Source of the DNA: Eledone cirrhosa | Taxonomy: Eukaryota | DNA: 64,000 nucleotides | Assembly: GCA_964016885.1 (NCBI GenBank) | Contig: OZ024740.1 | Span: 107,074,001 to 107,138,000, forward strand | Direction of reading: 5' to 3' | In this document: in pieces, positions 41,073-55,869 of the stretch | How positions within the stretch are numbered: the first letter of the stretch is position 1 | Layout: each line of letters begins with the position of its first letter | Notes under the pieces: model-generated | Databases searched by the model: none | Told to the model about the DNA's origin: nothing | The model's input: only the letters and a program-made list of their open reading frames with translations | Program-made: the position numbers and the translations under genes

Positions 41073-42181
41073 TAGCTTAACCTTGTTAAATAAATATTGT
41101 ACATACAACCCAGTGTCCTGTTATAAATCCATCTGGCAACAACACCATCGCCAAACCAATGTTTATTTACACCCACTAAATATATACATAATATGAACAG
41201 GATATGTGGAAAAACTAGATAACATTTGTTGAAGTTCGAAGAAACATTTGGTATGCAATGGTGGTTGGAGCATTTCTGAATTGGCGGGTGGGCAAATTTG
41301 ATCAATTTAGTTGTAGTGATTAGTTTGAGGAGAAAATATATAATTATTGGGGGGGGGGGCATGCCCCCTCCCCCTATCACCGTTCCGCCGCTCTGAATAG
41401 GGTCTCTAACAAGTGCTTCAATACAGTTATGCTATCACCTGCGAAAGCTGGATTATTACTTAATCCACTATCTCGCATTGCGTAGTTAAATTCTGGATAT
41501 CATCAGAGAAATTCTAGAGAAACTGAAGTCTGTGTACATTCTAATGAAATAATCTGGCGGTTGAAATATAACTTAACAAAGGTTCTTACATAAAATTATG
41601 ATGAAAAAGATTTAGATAAATATAAACACTTTAAGACAATTTTGTATCATATAACAAGGAGCAGTCTCAGGCAGATTGGATCAAAAGGGTTGAGACAGTA
41701 TCCAAAGGTGAGTTTCTAAAGAATGCATACTTTGTACATTTTATAGAAAGTGATAACGCAATCTTCCCAGGTTTCTTTTTTTTCTGTTTATACATACAAC
41801 AATTCTGGGATGTAAAGAATCATAGAATTAATGTTTTTGTTTTTTTAATTATTTACAATCATTGTCATTGAATGATGAAAGTAAAAGATTTACGTATCTG
41901 TCTAGAGTCGTTAAGGTTTTACTCGTTTGTAACTTTATACTACTGCTACCGAAGAAATATCGGAAAAAATATTTATCTCGTATATAATAGGCACTAGAGT
42001 ATTTTCTTTTAATACATACATATCACAATGTCCGCAATAGCATATACACCAAACTAGTTCTCATGTATAAAGTGCATCCGTAATTTTAAGGTCGAAATTT
42101 TTGTCAAACGTAGCTAAAAACTGAGCTATATTTATTGTAGTTCATGATAATTTTAACCCTGTGTATATATATATATATTTT

Positions 42182-42274
<93 letters not shown>

Positions 42275-42639
42275 ATTGGTAAATTCACTTCAACGAATTA
42301 CACTTTCGTATCTTTGAGTTATATATTAATTTCTGACCACCGGATAATCAGACAAACGAAATGCAAGTATGCAGTCATTAAATAGCCATATTGGAAGTGC
42401 CAGCTTCCTATCTTGTACAATATAGGGTAAGCAGGATAATTTTCCGGCCACTTAAAGACTGTCTGCGTGTATTTCGTCACCTGATTATCCGTGGTTTATA
42501 ATTAATATATCAGCCAAAGTTATGTAAACAATTGGTGAAACTATGGGTAGTGACTTTACTATTCTTTTTATTACTATATTTCTAACAAGAATGCATTCTA
42601 ATTTTGAGAGATTTCGTAAAGTAAACTGACTTTATAAAT

Positions 42640-42950
42640 GTTTCTACATTTGGCACAAGGCCAGCAATTTGAAGGGAAGGGGAAAATCGATTGAATCGAC
42701 TCCGGTGCGTTTCTGGTGCTTTATTTTACCGAACCCGTAAGGATGAAGGCAAAGCTAACCTCGGTAGGATTTGATAAAGAGTTGAATTAATACTTCTAAG
42801 CATTTGTCCGACGCTCTAACAACTCTGCAATCCACCGCCCTTGTTTCATAATGGTTTCTGATTTAGACACAAGACCAACAATTAGGGCAGAGGGGAAAGT
42901 CGATTAAATCGACCCCAGTGCATTAATGGTACATTATTTTATCGACCCCG
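42640..42950 (-). mobile_element. SINE family A (one full copy and one partial)
   Basis: ggcacaaggccagcaattt...ggatgaaggcaaagctaacctcgg. Confidence 0.75.
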
Positions 42951-43649
42951 TAACCCTTATTTAATAATAAAAGACAACTATTTACATTTTATATATACTA
43001 TCTTTCGTGTAATCATGACTCGGTAGTCAAAGATTTGAATTTAAATTTTAAGACACTTTCCTACGGCTGGTTTGTTGTGGTTTGTAGTTGAAATAGTTAA
43101 ATTTCATACATTTACTACTCTACTTTGTATTAAGTTCCTTTCCTTTATTAAACCCAGTTATTGTTACTGTACAAGCCTTCCAACGCTAAAGGCCTTTGGG
43201 GGCTTAAGCCCATCCAATAATGAGGAAACTTGTTGAATGATCTTAAAATTGTGTTAGTTAAAAAATGATGTATCACTGTTCAAATAAGTAACACTTACAA
43301 ATAAACACTATAGAATGCAAGCTATTGATAAACCATCAAAGATGTAAATAACTGAATGCTATTATGTCTACAATTATCTTAAGCCCCTCCAATCCCTAAA
43401 CTGTAACGGAACCTCTGCTTTATATCACATTTCTACATTCTCTCGGCGGATTTTGCAGAGTCATAGCTACCTCCGAATGACTGGCGATATGTTAGGTGTA
43501 ATGAAGTACACTTCATGACCAAGAATTATAGCACCAGTATGGAACATTACCACATGACTTATTATATTCAAAAGAAACCATCCTCCATCAAATAAATGCC
43601 ATTCAATGAGGTTAAGAGAAAGTGGAACAAGCTACAGAGAACATAAAAT

Positions 43650-44260
43650 AGATTTTTGTTTCTTCGACTCTGATAAAACCGCAACATCTGCTGTATACGA
43701 TAACATCATAACTAGAACAAACCCTTACCCCACCTAAGATCCACATTTTTAGCGTCCTTTGAAGCTGGCCTATTAAAATAAACCACTAACATTCACTTCC
43801 GTAAGTACATCAACACATTTCAAAGTAAACTTAGAGACGACATTAAGAAATTAAAGACTAACACTAACAACCACAGTTACGGTTTCTAATAAGACAAATA
43901 AAAAACTAACATGAAGTAGATAGTGCCAAACCAAATATAAACGGTTACATAAGGACAACATCAGTAAAAACTATAAGAACATCCGCTACAAGTACATTTA
44001 ATAAAATTAACACTGAAGCAAAAAAAATCATAGACAGAAAAATATAATTAAATTATAGAGTAGAATGTTTGGTGAAGCGGGGGGGCGTACGTCACAGTGA
44101 AGAAACACAAAGATGTCTTCAACACTAACACCAAGGGCAAACTAATAAACTCAGTTAAGACAAATATAGGACTTGGTATAAAGTAAAACTATGTAAAATT
44201 AACGAGAACATTAAGAAATCATCCAGACTATAACAATAAAACAATAGTTATAAAATCAAT
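43650..44260 (+). mobile_element. Degraded Hydra-like PLE RT N-terminal fragment
   Basis: Reads INTEAKKI...YVTVKKHKDVF...KLINSVKTNIG, homologous to FTLKDHKPNF...LINPTKSDLG at 6580-6665. Confidence 0.6.
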
Positions 44261-44271
44261 AATTCGTAACT

Positions 44272-44307
<36 letters not shown>

Positions 44308-44714
44308 GTGGTGGTGGTTGTGTTGTTGGTGGTGGTGGTGGTAGTGGTGGTGGTGCTTGTGGGGGTTGGTACTTGTGACAGAGGTAGTAGTAGTAGTAGT
44401 AGTAGTAGTAGTAACTAAACAGAACAGAAGACAGACAGATAGGCAGGTTCCAATGAATAATTTGTAACAAAAGAAAAAGAAAAAGAAAAAAAACTGAGGC
44501 CAGCATGTTGTTGCGTCATCGGTAGCAGAGATTATGAAATAACCTTTTTTTTTTACTGTTTATTTAAGCAACAGTTACAAGAACGAACTGGTATGAAGAT
44601 TGAAATTAAAGACAAGACGGACAGAAAAACATTCAATAAAACAAACAACTGATTGAAGTACTCTACAAGCAAATATGCTCATCATTAACTCAATTCTTTA
44701 GTGTTGATGTTACT

Positions 44715-45130
44715 ACATGAGAAGGGAGGGAGTGAGGTACTGGGAGACACAAAAGGGACATTGAATCATTACATGTTAATGTAGAGCAGGGATTCCTAGT
44801 GGGGGCATTAGTGTCTCCTTGTGGGGTGGAGGTAAGGCACACAAGGGACCCTGAATCAATACATGTTAATATAGACCAAGGATTCCTAGTGGAGGTATTA
44901 GTGTCTCCTGGGAGTGGGAGGTAAGGTACTGGGAGACACAAAAGGGATCTTGAATCATTACATGTTAATATAAACCAGGGATTCTTAGTGGGAGCATTAG
45001 TGTCCCCTGGGAGTGGGGGTAAGGCACACAAGGGACCTTGAATCAATACATGTTAATATAGATCAGGGATTCCTAGTGGGGGTTACTACCTCCTTGAGGT
45101 GGGATGGGTCATTGCGAGACAAAAGGGACA
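44715..45130. repeat. Diverged tandem repeat, ~85-95 bp unit, 4-5 copies
   Basis: Recurring cacaagggac.ttgaatca.tacatgttaat.taga.cagggattcctagtgg. Confidence 0.85.
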
Positions 45131-45294
45131 CTAAAAGGCAACAGTGTTGTATATAGAGAGGGTCTGTTGAAAGGCAAGGTGTTAGGGATGAAAGGTAAAA
45201 AGAATACAAATTAGTAGTTGCTTGTAAACCTGTTGCCTTTAGTTATGCAATAAATGTTTTAATAAAATACAAATAAAAAGATAATTCTTTACGA

Positions 45295-45470
45295 CATATA
45301 GTTCGGGCCCTTTACATTCTGAGTTCAAATCCCGCCGAGGTTAGCTTTGCCTGTCATCCTTACGGGGTCGATAAAATAAAGTACCAGTAACGTACTGGGG
45401 TCGATTTAATCGTCTTTCCCTTCACCCTCACCCAAACATTGTTGGCCATGTGCCTGAATCAGAAACCAAT
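45295..45470 (+). mobile_element. SINE family A
   Basis: gagttcaaatcccgccgaggttagctttgcc...aataaagtaccagt. Confidence 0.85.
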
Positions 45471-45821
45471 ATTTCAATTTAATTCTCAATGTCTTAAAAA
45501 GAGCGATCAGTGGGGGTTTGGCGTTGGGACAACAATCGGGGGACTGGTCAACCCTAACTGAGTCGCCAGGGCAAGTGTGTCTTATGTTGAAAGACCCGAA
45601 TCACTCGATGACCTCCACACCATGTCACATCACTGACAGTGCACCCAAGCTCATCCATTAGATATAGTATTGTATAGTTATCGATCAGTTTTACAGGAAA
45701 TATATTATCTAGAAGGATGGCAGCGGTCCGAAGAAGTTTGAGAAACTTTGATAAACACTGCCTCTCTCTCTTTCTCTGGCCCTCTCTCTCACTCTCCACC
45801 CTCTCTCTCTATCTATATCTA

Positions 45822-45890
<69 letters not shown>

Positions 45891-47087
45891 AAGAAGAAGA
45901 AGAAGAAGAAGAAGAAGAAGAAGAAGAAGAAGAAGAAGAAGAAGAAGAAGAGAGAGAGATGGGCCTCGCCAAGTTTAAACACCATAACGACTCGATCAGG
46001 AGTTACTGGTATATAAGAGAGTGATATAAAGTATGTAGTCAAATAACTGTGGTATTAGGCGGGGGGTGGGGTGTAATTCTTTTGCAATTTGAAAAATACA
46101 TGTACAAAATGTTTAGTTAAAGAGAGAAGGGCGGTGCTAACGACTATTTTCTGAGGCCTCCTAGACTGATGGAAAGCATGGAGGGAAGTCTATTTTCAGT
46201 GCTTCCAAAACTGACGGAAGATAGGGAGGCAGGGTGGGAGATCGAATGATGTTCTCAAACCGAAGATCTGGTTCAAATATTTATTACACTTTTTAGTGTA
46301 ATTGAATAAACGGAAGTTCTGTGGATTGTAACTGTAATTTTGAGGTCCATTCTTGTGTCGCGCTAATTCGGCTAGAGAATTACATGAAAGCTACACGTGT
46401 CAGTGAAATACTCAACTACATACACGTCAATCTAACTAGTCCAGCGTTCAGTTGAGTGAACTGCTTCGATGGCGGATCCATCATTCTTCCTACCCTCTCG
46501 CCTTCCTAGACAAAGTAAAGCAGGGAATTGTTGTTGTTGCTGTTGTTTTTCTTTAACTCAAGGTCAATTTTGACGTACCAGCACTGACTATCTTGTTTTT
46601 CTTTTTTTTTCTTTTTTCTTTTTTTTATTATTTCAGACACAAAGTATCTAAGATGTTGTATGTATCCGGTTTAGAATAATTAAACTGTATCTCTGCGTGT
46701 CGTAAGCGGCGACTACAAGTGTTGGCACCAGGAAGGGCATCCATCCGACTGTAAAACATTGCCTCAAAAATGACCCTTTGATGAGTATGAAGCCTGTCAT
46801 AGGGCCCGCATAGTTGACTCTTTCTTTAGTTACGGAGAATTGCCTTAAAACGTTTTTTGTTATACAGTTTATCTAATATCTCTTTATTCAATGAGACATT
46901 GTTTTAAGAGGTGGTATGAAAAGGATTTGCCTACTACGCGCCCGCTTACGGGCTCTCTCTGAAATAATGGAACGCGAGAAAGAAAAGAAAAATCAATTCA
47001 ATGCTATTTAATATTTGTTATAAGATAATAAACTTACTGTCTTCATATTTTAAAAAATCTAACTTATCCGTCTGCACAATGTCCCTC

Positions 47088-47540
47088 ACAAATCTTGGCT
47101 CAACCCAAGACTGTAGCAAATGACGCCATGTAGCGAGATCGAATCTTGGCTCAACCCGAGACTATGGTAAATGACGCCACGTAGCGAGATCGAATCTTCG
47201 CTCAACATGAGACTATGGTAAATGACGCCACGTAGCGAGATCGAATCTTCGCTCAACATGAGACTATGGTAAATGACGCCACGTAGCGAGATCGAATCTT
47301 GGCTCAACCCGAGACTATGGTAAATGACGCCACGTAGCGAGATCGAATCTTGGCTCAACCCGAGACTATGGTAAATGACGCCACGTAGCGAGATCGAATC
47401 TTGGCTCAACCCGAGACTATGGTAAATGACGCCACGTAGCGAGATCGAATCTTGGCTCAACCCGAGACTATGGTAAATGACGCCACGTAGCGAGATCGAA
47501 TCTTGGCTCAACCCGAGACTATGGTAAATGACATCACGCA
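47088..47540. repeat. 51-bp tandem repeat, about 9 copies
   Basis: Unit gaatcttggctcaacccgagactatggtaaatgacgccacgtagcgagatc; the ORF track shows 17-aa periodicity. Confidence 0.95.
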
Positions 47541-47639
47541 ACGGGTTCGACCTGAGTCCTTAAGATTATGAAGTGAATTTCTTAACCTTTTGGCCATGTT
47601 GGCAAATATTTCATAACAGAATTAGATATCACAGTTTAG

Positions 47640-47830
47640 AAGACCTGTCAACTCTCCCCGTTGGACGGAGAGATCACCCACCCACTTTGCGGTTGGTAGG
47701 AGATGTCTGGGAAAATAGGTATAGCTTTTTTTATGTAAAATTTCCCCATTTGGCCTCATTTCTCCCCGTTTTGGGGTACCTTTTTTTCATGTTACACCCC
47801 CGTTTGGGTTTTTAGAGGTTGGCTGGTCTG
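47640..47830. mobile_element. hAT-type MITE
   Basis: Imperfect TIRs agacctgtcaac / gttggctggtct(g), with 8-bp flanks cagtttag / ctgtttag (one mismatch). Confidence 0.65.
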
Positions 47831-47869
47831 CTGTTTAGTTTCACATGAGGTCAATATCTATAATATTTA

Positions 47870-48092
47870 AGGTGGTGGATTAGCAGAATTGGTACACCGA
47901 TAGATAAAATGCTATTGCGGTATTTGTTTTTTGGCTCTTTAGATTCTGTGTTTAAATCATGGCCATGTAAACGTTGTCTTTCATCCTTCCGCGATCGTTA
48001 AAACGAAGAACCAGTCAAGTACTGGAGTTCATTGAATTAACTTTGCCCTTCTCTAAAATTTACTGGCATTGTACTTAAATTGGGAATCAATA
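47870..48092 (+). mobile_element. Diverged SINE family A
   Basis: ggtggtggattagcagaattgg...tctttcatccttc...accagtcaagtactgg. Confidence 0.65.
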
Positions 48093-48314
48093 TTTAGAAT
48101 ATTTTTACTGAGTTAGCATTAAATCAAAGCAAGGTTACAGTGTAAATTTCTTATAATTTTACTGGTTTCCGTCAGTCAGTGAGCCTCGAAACGTAAACCG
48201 ACTTTGTAATTTTACTGTTCCAAAATAAAATTATAGGACTAATAAAGAGATATGAAAAAAACTTAAATTAAAACAAAAATCAAACTGAACAGTTGCGGCT
48301 TCAATATAACGCGT

Positions 48315-48407
<93 letters not shown>

Positions 48408-48889
48408 ACACACACGAACGCACGCACGCCCACACACATACAAACACACACACACGGTCGCGTTGAAAGGCAACAAAAGTCTCCAATATAAAATTTGTTG
48501 CCTGGCACCAATATAAGGAAACGTTATATTTCCGCTGTATTTTTTTTTTCCTTTTCAACAATAAAGTTTTTTTTCTTTATTTTTATTGTGCTTCACTGAT
48601 ATATATATATATATATATATGTAAAGTCTTTTCATGAGAGAGCCACAAAACCGACGCCAACCATTGGTTGGTTAGTGTTGTTACAAAATGTATAGATTTA
48701 TGAATGAATCATATACCATGTTGTCTCTACCACTCCTGGATCAAACAAACAGAATTGCCTCTTCCCACCCACTCCCATTTCGGCCAATTAACATAGTTAT
48801 CTTTCCAAACCATTTTGTTTATTGTTTAAAAACTAGTACGGCATATCTATCTATCTATTTATCTGTTTATCTTTATTCTCCCCCCCCCC

Positions 48890-48955
<66 letters not shown>

Positions 48956-50968
48956 GTGGTTTGACAACAATTAGTTCACCATATATCATAAGTCATGTCC
49001 TTAGAATTATTAGATAAAATATATACCATTTCCTCTCCCAATTAGCATAATTAACCATATAAAAAAAATTAATTAGACCAGGCTATAAGAATAAAGGCTC
49101 CTATGAAGAAATATTTGATAAATAACCGAAAGCGGCCTCTTCGCGGTGACCCCCAATAAAGTATTTACCCAACATTTCAACAGCATGTAGAAACTGACTA
49201 AATATACCGTCAACCATACACAATTAGATGTAAATTTAAACTTAGAAGAAACGTGTACATACCGTAATTAAATCTCTACCATGGTTTCGTCCGTATTTTT
49301 AGATATCCCACTGTTAGGAATGAACCTAGAGTAACAGACTCTTCAGTCGCCGTAAGCAACTAATCGCATTCTTTCTAACTTGACCACTGCCACGTCACGA
49401 TTCTTAGCCATTTTTGAATCTATTTTTGGCGTGATCGCTTTGGAAAAATTAACTGTCCAACTGAGTTTGTCTCTTGATGTGTGTATATATATATATAAAT
49501 CTACATACATACATATATACATACATTTGCCTATGTATATAGCTATACATTTATACATTTGTATATATGCATGCATTTATATTTAAGTGTGTAAGGATGT
49601 TTACAACATTTTTATGTTTTTTTTCTTTGGTAAGGAGATAATTTTGCCTCCATATTTTATTACCTAGGGAGATTAAATACCACAGCTCTGGCTGAAAGCT
49701 GACCAGGTTTCCAACCTCATCAAACGCCAATGCCGGCCTGTGTGTGTATATATGTGTGTGTGTGTATGTATGTACGTATGCATGTGTGTGTATGATTGTA
49801 TGTATATATATGTATACACCCACACCTTTCATCACCATTGCTTCTTTTTCTTGTTGTTTCTGTTGTTCTTGTAACTCTTGTAAAAGTTGACATCCTTATT
49901 TTCATTTTCTTTGATTTCTTTCGTTTTTCTTTTATTTCCTTAGGGAATTCGTTGACAAGCTTCTTTTATTTATTTTCTTCGTTTTCTTCATTCAAATGCA
50001 TTCACACTGGCTGTCTCAGAGACGTACAAATATAGCTTATAAAACTTACCTAAGTAAATAGCCTAGCGCCTCCCAAAGCTTCAAACGCCGCCGCCTAAAA
50101 CTATTGTGCTAAAACTATTTTTAGTCTAATCACCTTTCTTTACACATTACTCTTAATCTTGTTATTGTCTTCTAGTTGGCCTTATTCTCACGGAGCTGTT
50201 AATTTCAGCCCATTGATATCAAACCACCTGAAGCCACGTCTAGTTCTACAATACAAAGCTGTTAATTTTAAAGTGTCTATATTTATCTTAAGTTTTTATA
50301 TTTATCTTTAAACGACCGATCATAATTTAGGAACCGTTGTTAAGTAATATTCTAAACATCAGTGTAATAATGAGGAAGTTGGTTATTTTACTAAATCCCT
50401 CTAAATTCTTGGTTATTTCCGAAATTAATTGAAAACCATAGCCATGCGGTCGCTTATCGCCAATGAATCAGGAATAAACCTCTCTGGGCTTGGTACAATT
50501 TTTTACAGACTACTAACTGCGAAAAAATTCAGAAAATGTTTCCTTCATCTCTAAATATTCTTAGTGAATTTTTCTTAATCCTGCCTAGTTATTTGACGTC
50601 ACCTTTCTCTAGCAAAGAAACACTTGATGTAAGGGTTTATCACTGAAATATCGAAATTTGGAAATATAAAAGAAATTCTAATCTGTTAATTCGTTTTACT
50701 TTGCTTCTGTCTTTAGCTTTTAAGCGTTTTGATATCAAAGCCTAAGATAATTTTATGCAAGAACCTTTCTTAAGAAATGTTCCAAACACTAACTTAATAA
50801 TGAGCAAGTTAATCATATTATTAAATCCCTCCAAATTCTTTGAAAAATCATAGACAGCGCATTTCGTTAGAAATTAGTGAGGAAAGGTTTTACTCTGCAT
50901 GTTTCCAACTTGCATTGTACTGGGATTTTATCTGAAACAATGTTTACACTATTTCACAATGGTTTTAT

Positions 50969-53572
50969 ATGAATTACAGACTCCTTAAAAGGAAAAGGAG
51001 ATGGGAGACTAAGGACAAAGAGAATAACCAAGACGAACACACAGACACACAAAATAGGGTAGATAACAACATTGAGCCAGTGGAAAGAGACAGGAGTAAT
51101 TATGAGAGACATAGAAACAACCATGAGGCTGTTGGTGGAAATAGAAATAGAAACAACACAACTAACAATAACAATAGCACTAGTACACATAAAGCAGCAG
51201 CCTGGAACTCTCCGTTTTATAATCCCTCCGATAAATCATTCGACCTGCGATGAGTCCACGCCACGACTTTACCATTTAACAAACGCACGCAGTTGCCGTC
51301 GCAGGTCGATGAACAAACAGAAGCACAATTTAGTATAGCTAAATCCGAACTTAGAAATATTATAGAACAGTATAGCAAGAAGCATAATAGAATAGAGGCC
51401 CAGCAACTGGGAGAAAAATCTGCAAATGGCTTGCGTAAGCTCATGCAGCGCTCGCGTAATGGAGAGATAGCATGCTTTCCAACAGACAAGTCTGGCAGAA
51501 TGTCGGTTGACAGCCTGCCAAACTACATCCAGGCAATGCAACCCCACATCACTAACACAAGAGAGGTAACACCACAGGAGCATGAGGATAGAGAAAAAGC
51601 CCTCAATGCCCATATGGTGATGTGGACGAATATAATGCAGCCCAACAAAAGGACTGCCAACAACTTCCAGGCCTGGAACAATGACGTGCCGGCGTTGTAT
51701 GGGCTTCGAAAAGACCATAAAACGGGCTGTGACCCTGTCGCGGGACCACCAACACGGCCAGTCTGTGGAGCTAACATTGCTAGTAACTACAGACTGTCCT
51801 ACTTCCTCTCCCTGATCATACGCCCCATCATTGAGATGTCCCCAGATGTATGTGACAGCACGGAGGACCTCCTCAGCAGAATCGGCGTGAGTAACCGATC
51901 TGGGGACCTAACAAACTGCATAATAGGCAGTATGGATGTTGCGTCCCTGTATCCATCTATTGACGTGGATTTTGCTGTGGAGAAATGCGTAGAAATGATC
52001 AGCGAGAGCAAGGTTGAGTTCCGTGGGATTGATACCAGTGAGCTGGAACTTCTACTTAAGCTTACCCATAGTAATAGTTACCTAGACACTTTTGACCTTA
52101 GCAACCTGTGCCCTACAAGACCAGCAAGAGGCAGACCACCTACCATTACCTCAATGGCCAAGAAAACCCACACAGATAGATGGAACGGGTGGACCAGAGC
52201 CATACGGACACCCGAAAACCACGATGAACTGAAGAAAATGATTGCACATGCGGTAGGGACCAGCATAAAATTAACCCTTAAGGAACATATGTTCAAATTT
52301 AATGGAAAAACATATGCCCAAGAGGAAGGAGCAGCCATTGGTGTTAGCATTGCAGGCGACATAGCTAACTTATTCATGGTGTGGTGGGACAGTAGACTTA
52401 AACAAAAACTTAAAGAACAATTAGAAGACAGCTTAACCCTGATAATGTACTCCCGCTACGTAGATGATATAAACATCATAGTTAAGACACCCCCACTAAA
52501 GAACAGTCAGGAACTAGAGAAAAACACAATGGAAAGCATCCAGCAAATAGCAAACTCCATCCACCAGAGCATTAGAGTTACTATAGACTACCCAAGTAGA
52601 CACCCCAACCATCGATTACCTGTACTAGACACAGAGCTCTGGTTAGATACCATTAACAACCAAAAACAAATCCTCCATTCCCATTATGCCAAACCCATGA
52701 CTTCCAAACATCTGATCCACCGAAACTCGGCCATTTCGGACCATACCAAAATCAACATACTGATTGCGGATTTGGTACGGGTGATGAGAAATGTGTCCCG
52801 CATGTGCAACCCCGAATAACTAGAGAGACACATACAACACTTCATCCACCGTATGCAGTTCTCTGGCTACAATCAGAGAGATAGAATCAGAGTGTATAGA
52901 GGAGCCAGAACCAAATGGGAAAAAATGGTAAATAAGGACATAAATGGGACCTGCCCCTTGTATAGGAGCAAATTTTGGAATAGAATAGAAAGAACTAGGA
53001 ACAAGGCCAATAGAATAAACTCATGGTATGATAGCAATAAATACCAGAGTGTAATGTTCATCAATACAACCCCTAGAGGCGAACTAGCCTACAAATTTAG
53101 AAGGGCCCTAAATAAACATAAACTCAATATTAAGATAGTAGAAAGACCAGGTACCTCCGTAAAAACACTTATTAGCAAGACATACCCGTTCCAAAGACCC
53201 TCATGTATAGATAAGAAATGTATAACCTGTAAAATAAGCCCCCATATTAACTGTAAAACTAGAAATGTAGTGTATAGCATAAGATGTACTGAAGGACAAT
53301 GTAGAAACAAAAATATAGTGTACATAGGTGAGACAGCTCGTAGTATAGGGGAACGAATAAATGAACACTGGCGAGACCTTCAAGATAATAAAGAATCATC
53401 TGTGCTCTACCAACATGCTAAGATAGAACACAAGGGTAAATTAGAGAACATAGAAATAAAAATAGAATCCACACACAGAAAAGATGCAATGTTTAGGCAA
53501 TTTACAGAGGCAGTAAGCATAAAAGAATTACAACCAAAATTAAATAGAAACTTACAATTAAGGACAAAATGA
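50969..53572 (+). pseudogene. PLE RT-GIY-YIG polyprotein with two nonsense codons
   Basis: ORFs 50969-51253, 51293-52819 and 52853-53572 share one frame. The 23-kb copy has Glu where this copy has TAA. Confidence 0.88.
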
Positions 53573-53777
53573 AAACACACACACACATAGAACAAACAAC
53601 CAACCAACAACATGTAAATAAATAAATAAATAAATAAACAAATAGATAAATGAACACAAACACACACAGACACCCGGATGTGGCGCATGCGCAAACTGAG
53701 CACACAACACACACACAGAAACAAAATGGCGTAGGACAGAAGAAAGGAAAGGCACAGAAACAAAGAAAGGAATCCCC

Positions 53778-53822
53778 AGTCACTGAAGAGGTCACAGAGT
53801 GTGTGACGAAAGGACTATGACT
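53778..53822 (+). ncRNA. Minimal type I hammerhead ribozyme (PLE-associated)
   Basis: AGTCA-CTGAAGA-G-GTCACA(gagtg)TGTGAC-GAAA-GGACTA-TGACT; predicted cleavage after CUA (53817). Confidence 0.75.
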
Positions 53823-54042
53823 ATATATAAACAACTATCTGGTTGTGGAACCAACCAACCAACCAGAAATTTATAAGTTTGTAGATTTGTAAATTTATAA
53901 ATTTATAAATATATAATAAATTGAAGTGAAAGCAACTGGTGCGTGTGTTTCTTATTGGCAACATGACCCTCCCAAAGTATAACAATATCGGTTTCATCAC
54001 ACGATTTCAGATAAAGAATCTTGCTAAACAAATTCAGAAACG

Positions 54043-54114
<72 letters not shown>

Positions 54115-54140
54115 CTTATTATATACATACATTATATATA

Positions 54141-54350
54141 CTAGCAGAAAAACCACTCCTCGGGTGGTTTTCTGCTAGCTTGTGTAGTGTGCATATTGAT
54201 ATTATACACAACTATATATACATGTAGATGTGATACATCAAATAAAATCGTAATTGACAATATACACAGAAATTGAACGAAGACTGCGTTACACTGTCTT
54301 ATGTAATCAGTAACGTAATCCATGTTACATTAAAAAAAGACGATATCTAT
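54141..54350 (-). mobile_element. Helitron 3' fragment
   Basis: Reverse complement of 33440-33648, with the terminal hairpin and CTAG. Confidence 0.75.
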
Positions 54351-54370
54351 ACATATATATAAAACTGTAG

Positions 54371-54488
<118 letters not shown>

Positions 54489-54579
54489 CCTCATTTTTGC
54501 AAAGTCTATAGAATCCACATTTCTACTCCGATTGACTTCAAACTTGCATTTATATATATATTATATATTATATATTATA

Positions 54580-54676
<97 letters not shown>

Positions 54677-55011
54677 ATACATATTATATACATACATATG
54701 TACATTATATATATATATATATTTATGTAAGCGGACAGTAATTTTTATGGAGTCGCAGAAACCCAAATACTGGATTTTACCATCAGTCCAGGGGTCCGGG
54801 TAAATTTTTCAATCACATATATTTTTATTATTTGACCCGAATTACTTGGTCGTTTTTTTTGGTTGTGCGGATGATTAGTTTAACTACCATCTCAGTGTGT
54901 TTGGCCTTTAACGTATGTTGTAGCTCTGATTTATATGAATCATCGAGCGCTTGCCACACATCTCGGAAGTTGTTTTTCGTTAATTCCTGAGCTGAAATAC
55001 GATCCTCGCTA

Positions 55012-55111
<100 letters not shown>

Positions 55112-55528
55112 CATATTATATATATTATATAACTTTGATAGGTTTCGGCCAGTATTGGCCCAGGACATGTCTAACTTAATAGCACCACCTGGCGAAGTCT
55201 TACAAATCAGTGTTTGGGCACCATGGCCCACTCGAGCAGAGAGTTATTGATTACGGAGACATATCCGGGTGTAGGAGGCTTATCCGGGATTTCTTGAAGG
55301 AATTTGTACAAATATAGCTTATAAAACTTACCATCAAATATCGTTGAAATTTTGTATTTTAAACTTTGCATCACGACATCTACATACGGATTACATTGAG
55401 TTCTTCATACGGCTTGGACCCTACCATTAATTGGTGGATTTATCTGTGTGTATATATATATATTTATATATATATATATATATTATATACATACATATGT
55501 ACATTATATATTATATATATATATCATA

Positions 55529-55716
55529 TGGGCGGTGAATTGGCAGTATCGGTAGAGGGTCGGACACCATGCTTTGACGCATAGAGTTACGGCCCTTGCC
55601 ATTCTGAGTTCAAATCCCGCCGAGGTTAACTTTGCCTTTCATCCTTACGGGGTCGATAAAATAAAGTACCAGTAATGTACTGGGTATTTGCTGGCCTTGT
55701 GCCAATAGTAGAAACA
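55529..55716 (+). mobile_element. SINE family A, full length
   Basis: A-box-like TGGCAGTATCGG, B-box GAGTTCAAATCC and the family body. Confidence 0.88.
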
Positions 55717-55788
55717 ATTATAAATATATATCATATATATACATATGTACATTATATATACACACACACACACACATATATATATATT

Positions 55789-55853
<65 letters not shown>

Positions 55854-55869
55854 AGACAGAGAGAGATAG

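Larger units (their letters stand above)
50969..54045 (+). mobile_element. Nematis/Neptune-like PLE, near full length
   Basis: A single frame 50969-53572 with two in-frame stops (TGA 51251, TAA 52817). Motifs PTDKSG, LYGLRKDHK, TRPV, SMDVASLYPS, YVDD and GIY-YIG. The 3' tail ends in (TA)n. Confidence 0.93.

Noticed and set aside
47088-47540. Regular array resembling CRISPR
   Set aside because: No unique spacers, no cas genes, and a eukaryotic context.
51251-51253. In-frame TGA in the PLE ORF as possible selenocysteine, as reported for some Naiad PLEs
   Set aside because: The context DLR*VHAT fits a CGA-to-TGA CpG mutation at an Arg position, and the same copy also has an ordinary TAA lesion.
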